From sequence record NC_069154.1: a stretch of 39,791 bases of DNA; one strand, 5' to 3'. This document shows positions 1 to 7,677 of the stretch, in pieces (position 1 is the first letter of the stretch; each line of letters starts with the position of its first letter). Source of the stretch: Klebsiella phage VLCpiS11a. A program made the position numbers and the translations under genes. Below the pieces are notes generated by a model that saw nothing but the letters and a program-made list of their open reading frames with translations, searched no databases and was not told the DNA's origin.

Positions 1-127
1 CCTCGGATTTACCCGTGCCGAAGCCCGCCACGAAAGCCGGGAATTTACAATGCATGTTGAGGAATGCCGCCTGCGGCTCAGTCGCCTTTATGCTGATTTG
101 CACCGACGACCTCCACGACGACTTTCT
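1..127. repeat. 127-bp direct terminal duplication (identical to 39665-39791); circular-permutation or assembly overlap of a roughly 39,664-bp genome unit
   Basis: Read directly: bases 1-127 (cctcggatttacccgtgccgaagcc...gacgactttct) recur exactly at 39665-39791. The duplicated segment is the 5' end of the terL gene and the 3' end of terS. Confidence 0.9.
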
Positions 128-581
128 GGATAGGCTGGTCTTTTTCTGGGTCTTCGCCCGCCGGCTCACGCATACCATGGTTGCATTTCAGAATGAAGGC
201 CGCACCGTTACCGCCTACCCCGGCGGCGGACAGCTCCATGAGAAATGCTTTCTGCAACGATTCGGCGTCGGCGTATGCGCGGTCCCATTCCGGCCAGTGA
301 TCACGCCAGTTGCGCAGCGTGTCACGGTTGACGCCGATCGACGCGGCGAAGCGCTCGAACGTCGGCAGCTTGCCTACCGGAATAACCTGGGCGGTGCCCT
401 TGGCGGATAGATGTATTTTCCACGACGCCGGCTCGGAGAAATAGCGCAGCAGCGCGCCGCAGTATTCCGGGCGGTAGTCGGTCGGTTTATCGTTGCTGCC
501 GATGTCGTGCGGAAAGCGCTCGCCTTTCTTCCGTTTCGGCGGGACTCCCCTTAGATGTTTCGGCTTCGGCTTTAGATTCAT
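78..581 (-). CDS. terS: terminase small subunit
   Basis: Carries the Terminase_2-type motifs (LPTFERFAASIGVNRDTLRNWRDHWPEW; GNGAAFILKCNHG). Lies immediately upstream of terL with a 26-nt overlap across the junction. Start set at the second ATG (MNLKPKPK...), which is preceded by a GGGGG RBS; the ORF-track start at 608 has no RBS. Confidence 0.65.
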   Translation of the reverse strand: MNLKPKPKHLRGVPPKRKKGERFPHDIGSNDKPTDYRPEYCGALLRYFSEPASWKIHLSAKGTAQVIPVGKLPTFERFAASIGVNRDTLRNWRDHWPEWDRAYADAESLQKAFLMELSAAGVGGNGAAFILKCNHGMREPAGEDPEKDQPIQKVVVEVVGANQHKGD

Positions 582-646
582 ATAACCCCCATTATGCTTG
601 CGTACCATACGCGCGCACCAGCGGCCCCCAGGGCCACGTTAATGGG

Positions 647-675
647 ATTATATAGCGGTGGTGAGGATTAGGCAA
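647..675 (-). promoter_or_regulatory. putative sigma70 promoter for terS (TTGCCT-17-TATAAT on the minus strand)
   Basis: -35 is rc of 670-675, spacer 17 nt, -10 is rc of 647-652. It sits just downstream of a terminator and about 65 nt upstream of the terS start. Confidence 0.45.
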
Positions 676-680
676 AAGAA

Positions 681-705
681 GCCCGCACGGAGGCGGGCAG
701 GTTGG
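681..705. terminator. rho-independent terminator (GCCCGCACGGAGGCGGGC stem-loop with T-runs on both strands) closing the lysis/small-gene transcription unit
   Basis: Hairpin 681-698 directly after the stop of the 706-1176 gene. The minus-strand RNA reads GCCCGCCUCCGUGCGGGCUUCUUUUG. Confidence 0.55.
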
Positions 706-1176
706 TTATTTTTGTGCTCTGGCCTCCCAGACTACCCAGGCCATAGCCATATCCCAGGCCATGTAACCTTGGTCGCCATTTTTGGCGCGGCGTCGGTCAA
801 CCGTATCACCGAATCGCCCCTCCATAAAAGCCTCGAAAGCCTCACGTTCATCTAATTTCTGCACTACCGGTGCCTGCTGCGCGTGGAGATAGAGCGGGAT
901 TGTGTAACCTTCGACAGCATTCCGCGCACGGTCAGCGGGCCACGCACGAAGATAAAGCCCGGTCGCATGCATGTTCGAAATTTCGTGCTTCTCGGTGTAC
1001 GCCACCGGCTCGCTGTCAGCCTTGCGGCGTTCCTGTAGCTCTTCCAGAGCAATCGTCAGCGCGTAATAAAACGAGTGGTCAACTCGATTGTCGGCGCGTT
1101 CTGCATTATCTCGCGCCAGTTTGACGCTGTTCAAAAGCTGGATGACGCTGTTTTCTGCTAACTGGTTATTGGTCAT
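706..1176 (-). CDS. hypothetical protein (156 aa)
   Basis: ORF with a GGGGAG RBS 7 nt before the ATG (MTNNQLAEN...). No recognisable motif. The ORF-track start at 1227 lacks an RBS. Confidence 0.45.
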   Translation of the reverse strand: MTNNQLAENSVIQLLNSVKLARDNAERADNRVDHSFYYALTIALEELQERRKADSEPVAYTEKHEISNMHATGLYLRAWPADRARNAVEGYTIPLYLHAQQAPVVQKLDEREAFEAFMEGRFGDTVDRRRAKNGDQGYMAWDMAMAWVVWEARAQK

Positions 1177-1290
1177 TGGTTGGCTCCCCGAAATAAAATT
1201 GCCTGCTGAAAACCGATTAAGAACCACAGCCCATCTGCGCGCTGGCTCATTTCGTACCAGTCCTCTTTGTTGAGGTCTGAAACGAGGTTG

Positions 1291-1698
1291 TCATTGCGAT
1301 TTTTCCTCTGCGAAATAGGCCAGCGCCAGGAGAAAGGCGCGCTGGGACTGCGGGTTTTTAAGCAGGCCGAAGCGGTGTCTGATGGTCGCCAGGTGTCGAT
1401 CGAACGAATCGCGGCACCCTTCTTCATCGGCCATTTGCACAACGGCAGCGAGTAACGCTTCGTGCTCCTCCTGCAATTCCTCCTCGCTGTACAGCACATC
1501 GTCAGCTACCGTTATCGGCTCGTATTCTTGGGCTACGGAAAACTCGGCGTCTTCCAGCATTGCTGTTCGGTATCCGGCGTTATGCGGCTCAATGCACCAC
1601 CGCACCCCATCATCGTCTTCTACCCGGTCATGGGTCATTTCGTACCCCCGGCCAACGGTGAACCAGTATACCGTTGACGCGGTGCAAATTAGTTTCAT
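1291..1698 (-). CDS. hypothetical acidic protein (135 aa)
   Basis: ORF whose start ATG overlaps the upstream stop in an ATGA arrangement (translational coupling). Confidence 0.45.
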   Translation of the reverse strand: MKLICTASTVYWFTVGRGYEMTHDRVEDDDGVRWCIEPHNAGYRTAMLEDAEFSVAQEYEPITVADDVLYSEEELQEEHEALLAAVVQMADEEGCRDSFDRHLATIRHRFGLLKNPQSQRAFLLALAYFAEEKSQ

Positions 1699-1880
1699 TC
1701 TGCACCACCTGTGATGCTATCGATGAAATCAATTAGCTCGCCGCGCGCGGCGGTAAGAGCGTTGTAGGCGGCCTTTTCCTGCTTCACACCTAGTATTTTG
1801 CCAGCGTGCCATTTGGTTAAAGCATCCGTTTCAGCCTCTATCAATTCTAATAGCTGCTCTGATTGTTCGCCGGTGATCAT
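1695..1880 (-). CDS. small hypothetical protein (61 aa, MITGEQSEQLLELIEAE...)
   Basis: Internal Met of ORF 1695-2015 is preceded by the perfect RBS AGGAGCAAACACA-ATG. The longer ORF would run through its own promoter elements. Confidence 0.5.
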   Translation of the reverse strand: MITGEQSEQLLELIEAETDALTKWHAGKILGVKQEKAAYNALTAARGELIDFIDSITGGAE

Positions 1881-1910
1881 TGTGTTTGCTCCTGTGTAAT
1901 TGACGATATG

Positions 1911-1940
1911 AGTATAATCATATTGCAACCAACATTGCAA
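1911..1940 (-). promoter_or_regulatory. putative promoter (TTGCAA-18-TATACT, minus strand) with a TTGGTTGC motif in the spacer
   Basis: Read on the minus strand: cTTGCAAtgttggttgcaatatgatTATACTcat, about 35 nt upstream of the 1880 start. Confidence 0.35.
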
Positions 1941-2028
1941 GTATCGCGCAAAGAAAAAGCCCCAGCTGTTAAGCCAGGGCTTTCGGACCGTCAGGAGCAA
2001 ATCAATCGTGTGCAATGAGACTATAGCA

Positions 2029-2523
2029 CTACTTCACGGCCCTGCCAATAGCCTCGGCCTCGGCCGCCGATTTGCCGTCGAACAGCGCGAGTCGCCCGGT
2101 TGCGCGCCGGCGCAGTCCCAGCATCACCTTACCGCCCTGATAGATGAACTGCGGCAGCTTGGTGCGCAGCGTCGCAATATCCCCGCGGCGCAATGCCTGT
2201 CCGGTGCCCGTATCGGCGCCGATCACTTTCGGCCCGGCATTGAATACCAGGTCCACCATAGCGTCGAAGTATGGGCCGGTGACCAGAGGATGCGCCACCG
2301 CATCGACCTGGCGCTCGGCCTCCGCCATATCCTGGCGCAGTAACGCCAGTGCATCTGGTTCGGTGATGCTCGCCGGCGCCTGGGCGCGCGTACCTGTATG
2401 GCCGTAACCCCAGGTCAGGATCCCGCGCTCCTTCTCTTTGGCGGTCGCGTAATACGGCACAGGCTTAAACGTCTCCCAGCGCCGGGCGAATTCAACGGCG
2501 TTATCGCTGACTGTTCTTCGCAT
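2029..2523 (-). CDS. endolysin, GH24 phage lysozyme family
   Basis: GILTWGYGHTG aligns with the P22/lambda lysozyme GIPTIGVGHTG catalytic region. The 164-aa size and the position next to holin-like genes fit an endolysin. Confidence 0.75.
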   Translation of the reverse strand: MRRTVSDNAVEFARRWETFKPVPYYATAKEKERGILTWGYGHTGTRAQAPASITEPDALALLRQDMAEAERQVDAVAHPLVTGPYFDAMVDLVFNAGPKVIGADTGTGQALRRGDIATLRTKLPQFIYQGGKVMLGLRRRATGRLALFDGKSAAEAEAIGRAVK

Positions 2524-2785
2524 GGATCAATCTCCGATACTTGATATAGCGCACCGACTTAACGCAGGCGCTGCGCAGAAATGAAAGGGTGACCAGCACA
2601 AGGAGTGTTGACCAGATGAATAACGGCGCGCTGCCGTCTTTGTAGATATGGATCAGCCCGGCGCCGCAGGTGAGAAACAGTCCCATGAACACCAGGCGGC
2701 CCAGCAGGCCGTCGTCGACCCAGTGGGCGTAAATGTTAAACAGCGCGGTCATGGCGATAACGGAAAGGCAGAAGGCACTAAGCAT
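2501..2785 (-). CDS. holin-like membrane protein (94 aa, about 3 TM segments)
   Basis: Three hydrophobic segments and a basic C-terminus (KYRRLIHAKNSQR). Located between the other holin-like gene and the endolysin. Confidence 0.5.
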   Translation of the reverse strand: MLSAFCLSVIAMTALFNIYAHWVDDGLLGRLVFMGLFLTCGAGLIHIYKDGSAPLFIWSTLLVLVTLSFLRSACVKSVRYIKYRRLIHAKNSQR

Positions 2786-2787
2786 GG

Positions 2788-3066
2788 CTATTTACCCCAC
2801 GGTAGTTTAAAGCTGCTCGCCGCTACTTCCAGGGCCTCGAAGAATTTCCACCAGAAGGCGCCGATCACGAATGGCACCAGGTATTGCCCGTCGGTATCCG
2901 CCAGCTCGAAATAGCGGATCCCAAAAGGTGAGAAGTAAACGGCACAAGCGGCACCGGCGGCCAGGTGTGCGCAGCGCTTCCACAACGGTAGCTGCTCCGC
3001 TTTCTTAACCTGGGCCACGATGCCGCCGCATACGGCAGCGACGACAAGCCAGAAATATCTGTCCAT
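2788..3066 (-). CDS. holin/antiholin-like membrane protein (92 aa)
   Basis: Two or three hydrophobic segments. It is the first gene of the lysis block. The ATG at rc 3064-3066 follows the terminator directly; the ORF-track start is a TTG one codon upstream. Confidence 0.5.
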   Translation of the reverse strand: MDRYFWLVVAAVCGGIVAQVKKAEQLPLWKRCAHLAAGAACAVYFSPFGIRYFELADTDGQYLVPFVIGAFWWKFFEALEVAASSFKLPWGK

Positions 3067-3100
3067 CAAAAAGGACCCCCGAATGAATAGTATTCGGGGG
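3067..3100 (-). terminator. rho-independent terminator ending the early-left accessory operon
   Basis: CCCCCGAAT-GAATAGT-ATTCGGGGG stem-loop (3076-3100) followed on the minus strand by UCCUUUUUG. Confidence 0.55.
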
Positions 3101-3132
3101 CAGTATAGGGCGATTTAGGATTAATCTGCAAA

Positions 3133-3480
3133 TTAGCGTCGCTCGAATTTATACCGGAGTATCTCTCCTGGTCGTATTTCCGGCTTATTTGGGATCGAAT
3201 CTTCCGGGTACTCCTTCGCCCAATGATGCCAAAGCCGGTAGGCTATCGCGGCGCGGGCTATTGACTTGAACGACCCGAGATTTACGTTTCTGCCACGCGA
3301 CCACACCATAGCCCGCCACTCGCAATGGTTCCCGCGGTTCAATCGACTAACGCCTTTAATGCCAGATGGTTCCGATTGTACTCGCCGCGGGACTGGTTTC
3401 ACCGGCGCTTTACAGGTGATCTTGCGCTTCGACGCCGGGAGATCGCCTGCGCGTTTCAGAATGTCGGTTGCAAGGCTCAT
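3133..3480 (-). CDS. AP2-domain DNA-binding protein with no HNH nuclease domain
   Basis: IKGVSRLNRGNHCEWRAMVW...GRNVNLGSFKSIARAAIAYRLW matches the AP2 pattern (GV..........W.A.I......LG.F...EEAA.AY) found in HNH homing endonucleases such as the 15913-16410 protein. Confidence 0.55.
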   Translation of the reverse strand: MSLATDILKRAGDLPASKRKITCKAPVKPVPRRVQSEPSGIKGVSRLNRGNHCEWRAMVWSRGRNVNLGSFKSIARAAIAYRLWHHWAKEYPEDSIPNKPEIRPGEILRYKFERR

Positions 3481-3797
3481 GGTTTCGTTCTCTCGATGTC
3501 ACATAGGGCGCATGATTGTATATTCGACCCAGTATGTCCTTGCCACACATGCGGGCATTCTACTTCCGGCGCCACCGGCTTACCCTCTATCTCGGCGATC
3601 AGCCGGTTCAAATACCATTGCGCCTTCTTCACGTCCTCCAGGCCGTTCTTCGACTCGTAGCGCCAGAGGTATTTGATAATGTTTGAGGTACATATGGCTT
3701 CTGCGCCCGATTTATTTATGGTAGCGGCTTCCATCGCGTCGATACATTCCACGCTGCCGTTGTTGTAGTGCGACGGGTGATTTACGTTGTCAGTCAT
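3477..3797 (-). CDS. DUF3310-like phage protein with a C-terminal Cys/His cluster
   Basis: NHPSHYN...VECIDAMEA...KYLWRYESKNG...DVKKAQWYL is the hallmark I recall for DUF3310. This is from memory and unverified. Confidence 0.4.
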   Translation of the reverse strand: MTDNVNHPSHYNNGSVECIDAMEAATINKSGAEAICTSNIIKYLWRYESKNGLEDVKKAQWYLNRLIAEIEGKPVAPEVECPHVWQGHTGSNIQSCALCDIERTKP

Positions 3798-4024
3798 TAG
3801 TCAACCTCCAGGCCCAGGCTTTCCAGCTCGTCCATGATCTCATCAATGCGGCGGTTAAGTTCGGCCAGAACAGCGGATCGAACCGCCTCGACCATAACTG
3901 CGTCCTGATACGCGCTGGCGATAGTGATCCCTAACCTGGTACCTCGTACAGATGCCAGCTGCTGGCGCAATTCGGCAATGCGCTGGTACTTGGCATACGC
4001 CATAGACAGATTTCCGATTTTCAT
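3797..4024 (-). CDS. hypothetical protein (75 aa)
   Basis: ORF packed tightly into the operon; no motif. Confidence 0.4.
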   Translation of the reverse strand: MKIGNLSMAYAKYQRIAELRQQLASVRGTRLGITIASAYQDAVMVEAVRSAVLAELNRRIDEIMDELESLGLEVD

Positions 4025-4027
4025 AGG

Positions 4028-4252
4028 TCATTTATCCTTACTAATTCGTTTCGGTGAACAGTACGCGCGGATCTGCGCGTCGGGGCGCTGGCCTTCGAAC
4101 AGCACCAGCGAGTTTTCCGCTTTACGGGCGGCCGCCTGGCACGCCTCCAGCGTATAGAACGTCTCGGTAGTGGGTGGCGCAAGGACCCCCTGCGCCAGCA
4201 CCCATATAAACAGGACCGATGTCATTTCAGTTTCGCTCCGCAATACAGACAT
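4028..4252 (-). CDS. small exported protein (probable start at internal MTSVLFIWVLAQGVLA signal-like segment)
   Basis: Hydrophobic N-terminal segment and two Cys residues. Start uncertain. Confidence 0.35.
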   Translation of the reverse strand: MSVLRSETEMTSVLFIWVLAQGVLAPPTTETFYTLEACQAAARKAENSLVLFEGQRPDAQIRAYCSPKRISKDK

Positions 4253-4520
4253 TTGTCGCGATGGTCATTTACCGAGAATTCATGGTCACACGGCGCCGGC
4301 GGCGTCGCGTCTCCGCATTCCTGGTGCGCGGCTGCCTCTGTGCGCTCCTCGACCGCCTGAATAACGGAGATGCGGACGCGGTCCGACGGCAGCGCCTGCA
4401 CGTGGCCGTTAGCGTTGACACGGATGAACGCCAGGCCGGTGATCTGCGCTTCGCGTAACGCCTCGGCGAACGCGTTCAATACTTCATGCTCACGGTTCAT
4501 AATCCGCAATCCCCTTTGCG
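4222..4520 (-). CDS. small protein with a C-terminal zinc-ribbon (CDHEF...CLYC)
   Basis: Start taken at MNREHEV, which has an AAGGGG RBS 10 nt upstream. Four Cys/His residues at the C-terminus. Confidence 0.4.
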
Positions 4521-4742
4521 GCAACCGCGTTGCCCAGGCGGCGCTTTGCGTGTCGGGCGCTCCTGGTAGTTGTTGCCGATTAAGTCGAAGTAATGCTCGA
4601 GATGCTTTGATACCCAATAAACCTGCCCTACTGGGGCGCGTCCTATTGTAGGCTTAGTCAGCCGCAGCACTCTTGGCCACTCTATGACGAGCACGGCGCT
4701 TCCGGTGAGTCTATGACGCAATATCTGGCCTTTCTTAAACAT
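4497..4742 (-). CDS. DUF2158-like small protein (MFKKGQILRHRLTGSAVLVIEW)
   Basis: The N-terminus resembles the YodC/DUF2158 pattern MxFKxGDxVxLKSGGPxMTV. This is from memory. Confidence 0.4.
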   Translation of the reverse strand: MFKKGQILRHRLTGSAVLVIEWPRVLRLTKPTIGRAPVGQVYWVSKHLEHYFDLIGNNYQERPTRKAPPGQRGCRKGDCGL

Positions 4743-4772
4743 GATATTTACTCCTGTCGTTTCGGTCCTCTT

Positions 4773-4801
4773 AGTATATGTCTAAACCAATGTTGGTTGC
4801 A
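4773..4801 (-). promoter_or_regulatory. putative promoter TTGCAA-17-TATACT (minus strand) for the 4742 operon, overlapping a TTGGTTGC motif
   Basis: -35 is rc of 4796-4801, -10 is rc of 4773-4778; the gene start lies 31 nt downstream. Confidence 0.45.
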
Positions 4802-5028
4802 ATACTGAATAGCAAAAATAAGGGCCGCGATAACTGGTATGGTAGTCAACTAGCCTACTTGCGTGCGTGGGGTGCTGAATTCGCTAGGACTAATCTTAAT
4901 ACCAATACCCACCATTCCCGACACTAAAACCTGCGTAACCAGCTGCCTGAATCACCGCAACCAACCAGAAAAATTATCCTGTCTCCTCGTACCGCATACT
5001 TGCTGCCGTTATATTTACATTCTGGCTA

Positions 5029-5057
5029 TTGCAAACTCGCAATTAAAATGATATGCT
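5029..5057 (+). promoter_or_regulatory. putative rightward promoter TTGCAA-17-TGaTATGCT inside the 555-bp non-coding region (candidate sRNA/antisense or origin transcript)
   Basis: -35 at 5029-5034, extended -10 at 5049-5057. An ACTCGCAA iteron lies in the spacer and structured GC-rich hairpins lie downstream (5078-5125). Confidence 0.35.
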
Positions 5058-5286
5058 CACTGCGTTCGCTTGGCAAAGCCCGCCAAGGCGACTTGCCTGC
5101 GACGCAAGAACGTGAGCATTTCAGGTTTTGCGAATAAAATCCCTCCCTAAATCAATCACTTACATACCGACTCGCAATCCATTTTTGCGAAAACCAACAA
5201 AAACACCCTAAGTTATTGAAAACGTTACTCGCAATTTCATTCGCAAAATTTTGCGAGTCTTGCGAGCCCATTCGCATTACTCGCAA
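5035..5286. repeat. iteron cluster 1: at least 9 copies of TCGCAA/ACTCGCAA in both orientations plus a 19/20-bp palindrome ATTCGCAAAATTTTGCGAGT (5239-5258)
   Basis: ACTCGCAA at 5035, 5170, 5227 and 5279. TTGCGA at 5129, 5185, 5251 and 5260. The cluster lies directly 3' of the primase-helicase gene. Confidence 0.6.
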
Positions 5287-5297
5287 CACGTATTATT

Positions 5298-7598
5298 TTA
5301 CGAGTTTAAGTCTTCATCACTTGCAACCAATTCCGGCGGGTCAAAGTCGTTTACGCCAGTCGGCAGCCTGTATTGTTGGTTGTAAACTTCGCCCGTATCC
5401 GGGTTGCGGCCATGCACTAAAACCCGTCGTCGCACTAACTCTTCCAGCACTTTTTTATAGTTGCCGCTGGTGAACTTGTTTCCGCCGGCGGTGCCGATCG
5501 CATAGGGTGAGTATCCCTCCGGGCGATCATCCAGCAGTTCGAGCTGGGCCACCATCACCTCTTCGGCCTTGTTCTTGGGCCCTGCGCCACCGGAGGCTTT
5601 CACCGCCTCCCGGGCTACTTCGGCAGCTGGCGATTCGAACGGGGTCAGGGCGACCGGTACCAGGTACAGCGTTTCGTCGCGCGGCGACATCTCCAGCGGT
5701 TTCGGCGTCCAGCCGGACAGCTGATCGGAAAAGTCCGGGCCCGCGGCGGTAGACAGATACGCGTCAACGCGGTCGGCGTGCGCCTGGGGGACGTCGATTT
5801 TACATTTCAGCAGGACGAAGCCACGCGGTGACTGTTTGATGCCGTTACGCGCTTTTTCGTGATAGAGGTTGATCTGGTGTGGCTTCGTCTCGTCCGGCTG
5901 CTCGATGAAAAAGGCGTAATCCACGGCGCCATGCAGCGCGCCGGAGCCGCGGGCGGTACGCTGGCCCGAGGATGACTTCGCCGGGTGGTGGATAACGCCG
6001 GCGCTGCCGCCAGTGGTCTCGGATATCTGTTTAAGCGCGCGGACAATTTCCCCCATATCGGTTGGGGAGTTTTCGTCGAACGGCTTTTTAGCGGTGCTGC
6101 GCATGGCGACGGTCTGGTTAAGCGAGTCGAAGGCCACCATGCCGACTGGCGAATCGCCGGCCGCGTCGCGGATGATTTTGCATACCTCTTTCACGCCACG
6201 CGCGTCGGTGATGTCGATGCCTTTATCCTGCAGGTCGATAATATGTAGCCAGTCCAGGTCGTCCTGGTACATCTTCTGCAGCGCCTGCTTACGGTGGAGG
6301 CTGGTTTCGCCGCCTTCCGCATCGAAATAAAAGTTGTGGGCGCGGACGACACGCCGTCCGCCGAACGGGATCCCGGCGGATATTGCCGCCATCTGGCCCA
6401 GGACGAAGAACGATTTACCGATGTTCGACTCGCCGGCGGCGTACCACGTCGATTTGAAGTTAACCAGGCCCTCAATGATGGGGTCACGCTTGGTGAACAG
6501 GGTAACCGGGTCGTCGTCCAGGTCCTCGTCGGTACACTGGCCGGCGGCGGGCCCGTCGAGCGCAGCCATCACCTCGGCCTCGTAGACGTGGGTGATCTCC
6601 TCTTCTGGCAAATCCGGCAGCAGTTCGGCGATCTGCTTTTTGCTGATATTATGCGCTTCGGGCAAATACTGGTCTGGCACGCCGCAAAGGCGCAGCATCA
6701 TGTGCTGGTGTGTGTTGTGCTTCCTGCAGTGGTCATGCTGGCACGCAAAGCGCACCTCGGGGTGAAGGGCGTCGGGCATCATGATCGCCGTGCTACCGTC
6801 GGTCCCGTCGTTGTCGCTGTGCTGGAAGTGGTTGGGGCATTGGATAGCGAAGCCACGACCAGAGGATAGCGGTTCGAGGCCCATCTCCCAGCACCACGCG
6901 GCGATTGCCTGGCTGTTCTCGCTGGCGTTCTCCAGCGCTTCGTCGGTCCAGTTGGTTGAGCCCGATTCGTCCGGCACGTCGAACCGGTGGCGCAGGACGC
7001 GGCGGACGCTGGCCGGCGCGCCGCGGTGGTCGACGGTTTCCGCTTCGATATGCGGGGCGAACATAAGGCGGGCGCGCTGGAATGCGGTTTCGTCCATCCC
7101 TTTCGCGCCGGTGAGCCCGAGCATATCGATGAATTTGTGCTGGCACGGCCAGATCTCATCCGCCAGCATCGGCCGGTCCGTTGGAATGATGAAACGCCAG
7201 GAGCGCGACTTAAAGCCGCCTTTCAGGTCGTGCCGGTCGCCGCAGGTGGAGTAGGCGAAGAACGTGTATCCGCCATCCTCCAGCGTGCGACGCACCCGGC
7301 GGATCTCTTTGCTGGATACTTTGTCGATATCGATAAACAGCAGGGACCGGGAAATGACGTTGTTGTTATTGCGCTTGTTGCGCTCAAACTCGGCGGCGAC
7401 ATACGGCAACCGGCCTTTCTTTTCTTCGTAACGATCTTCGGTCTCGCTGCCGTCAATGGATACCCCCAGCACGGGGTCGGCGCCGATCTCCAGCAGGTCG
7501 TCGATAAACTCATCCCAGGAGGATTCGAAAGCCTTCGGGCGATTGTCGGTTTTATGCCGGCCGAGAGAATAGGATATTTTTGATTTTAACCGTGGCAT
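5298..7598 (-). CDS. bifunctional primase-polymerase (AEP family) fused to a P-loop helicase
   Basis: Prim-pol DxD motif SLLFIDIDK. Cys/His zinc motif CPNHFQHS...CQHDHC. Walker A GESNIGKS and Walker B MVAFDSL. 766 aa. A GCAACCAA motif lies in its last codons. Confidence 0.85.
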   Translation of the reverse strand: MPRLKSKISYSLGRHKTDNRPKAFESSWDEFIDDLLEIGADPVLGVSIDGSETEDRYEEKKGRLPYVAAEFERNKRNNNNVISRSLLFIDIDKVSSKEIRRVRRTLEDGGYTFFAYSTCGDRHDLKGGFKSRSWRFIIPTDRPMLADEIWPCQHKFIDMLGLTGAKGMDETAFQRARLMFAPHIEAETVDHRGAPASVRRVLRHRFDVPDESGSTNWTDEALENASENSQAIAAWCWEMGLEPLSSGRGFAIQCPNHFQHSDNDGTDGSTAIMMPDALHPEVRFACQHDHCRKHNTHQHMMLRLCGVPDQYLPEAHNISKKQIAELLPDLPEEEITHVYEAEVMAALDGPAAGQCTDEDLDDDPVTLFTKRDPIIEGLVNFKSTWYAAGESNIGKSFFVLGQMAAISAGIPFGGRRVVRAHNFYFDAEGGETSLHRKQALQKMYQDDLDWLHIIDLQDKGIDITDARGVKEVCKIIRDAAGDSPVGMVAFDSLNQTVAMRSTAKKPFDENSPTDMGEIVRALKQISETTGGSAGVIHHPAKSSSGQRTARGSGALHGAVDYAFFIEQPDETKPHQINLYHEKARNGIKQSPRGFVLLKCKIDVPQAHADRVDAYLSTAAGPDFSDQLSGWTPKPLEMSPRDETLYLVPVALTPFESPAAEVAREAVKASGGAGPKNKAEEVMVAQLELLDDRPEGYSPYAIGTAGGNKFTSGNYKKVLEELVRRRVLVHGRNPDTGEVYNQQYRLPTGVNDFDPPELVASDEDLNS

Positions 7599-7638
7599 TG
7601 TTTATATTTACTCCTGGTATTTATGACGCGCTTCTGGT

Positions 7639-7677
7639 AAAGCCTCTCCGTTTTGGATGAGGCTTATTTTTTATCCG
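7639..7677 (+). terminator. hairpin plus U-tract oriented for rightward transcripts, overlapping the 3' end of the HTH gene
   Basis: AAGCCTC-TCCGTTTTGGA-TGAGGCTT followed by ATTTTTTAT on the + strand. On the minus strand only a weak UUU follows the stem. Confidence 0.4.

Noticed and set aside
15-410. 131-aa + strand ORF at the window start
   Set aside because: It lies antisense to terS and terL inside the terminal duplication and has no RBS. It is spurious.
3064-3069. The MM start of the holin-like ORF, and the ORF-track starts at 608, 2015, 19883 and 28423
   Set aside because: The ORF track counts GTG/TTG as M. Downstream ATGs with RBSs were preferred where checked.
5216-5473. ORFs 5216-5473 and 35864-36136 share the peptide AI(S/R)(F/L)AKFCESCE
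   Set aside because: The similarity results from the duplicated iteron/palindrome DNA, not from conserved proteins. Both overlap the 3' ends of real minus-strand genes.
5985-7583. Multiple + strand ORFs (6294-6869, 6987-7583 and others) inside the primase-helicase gene
   Set aside because: They are antisense to a gene with clear prim-pol and Walker motifs. They are artefacts.
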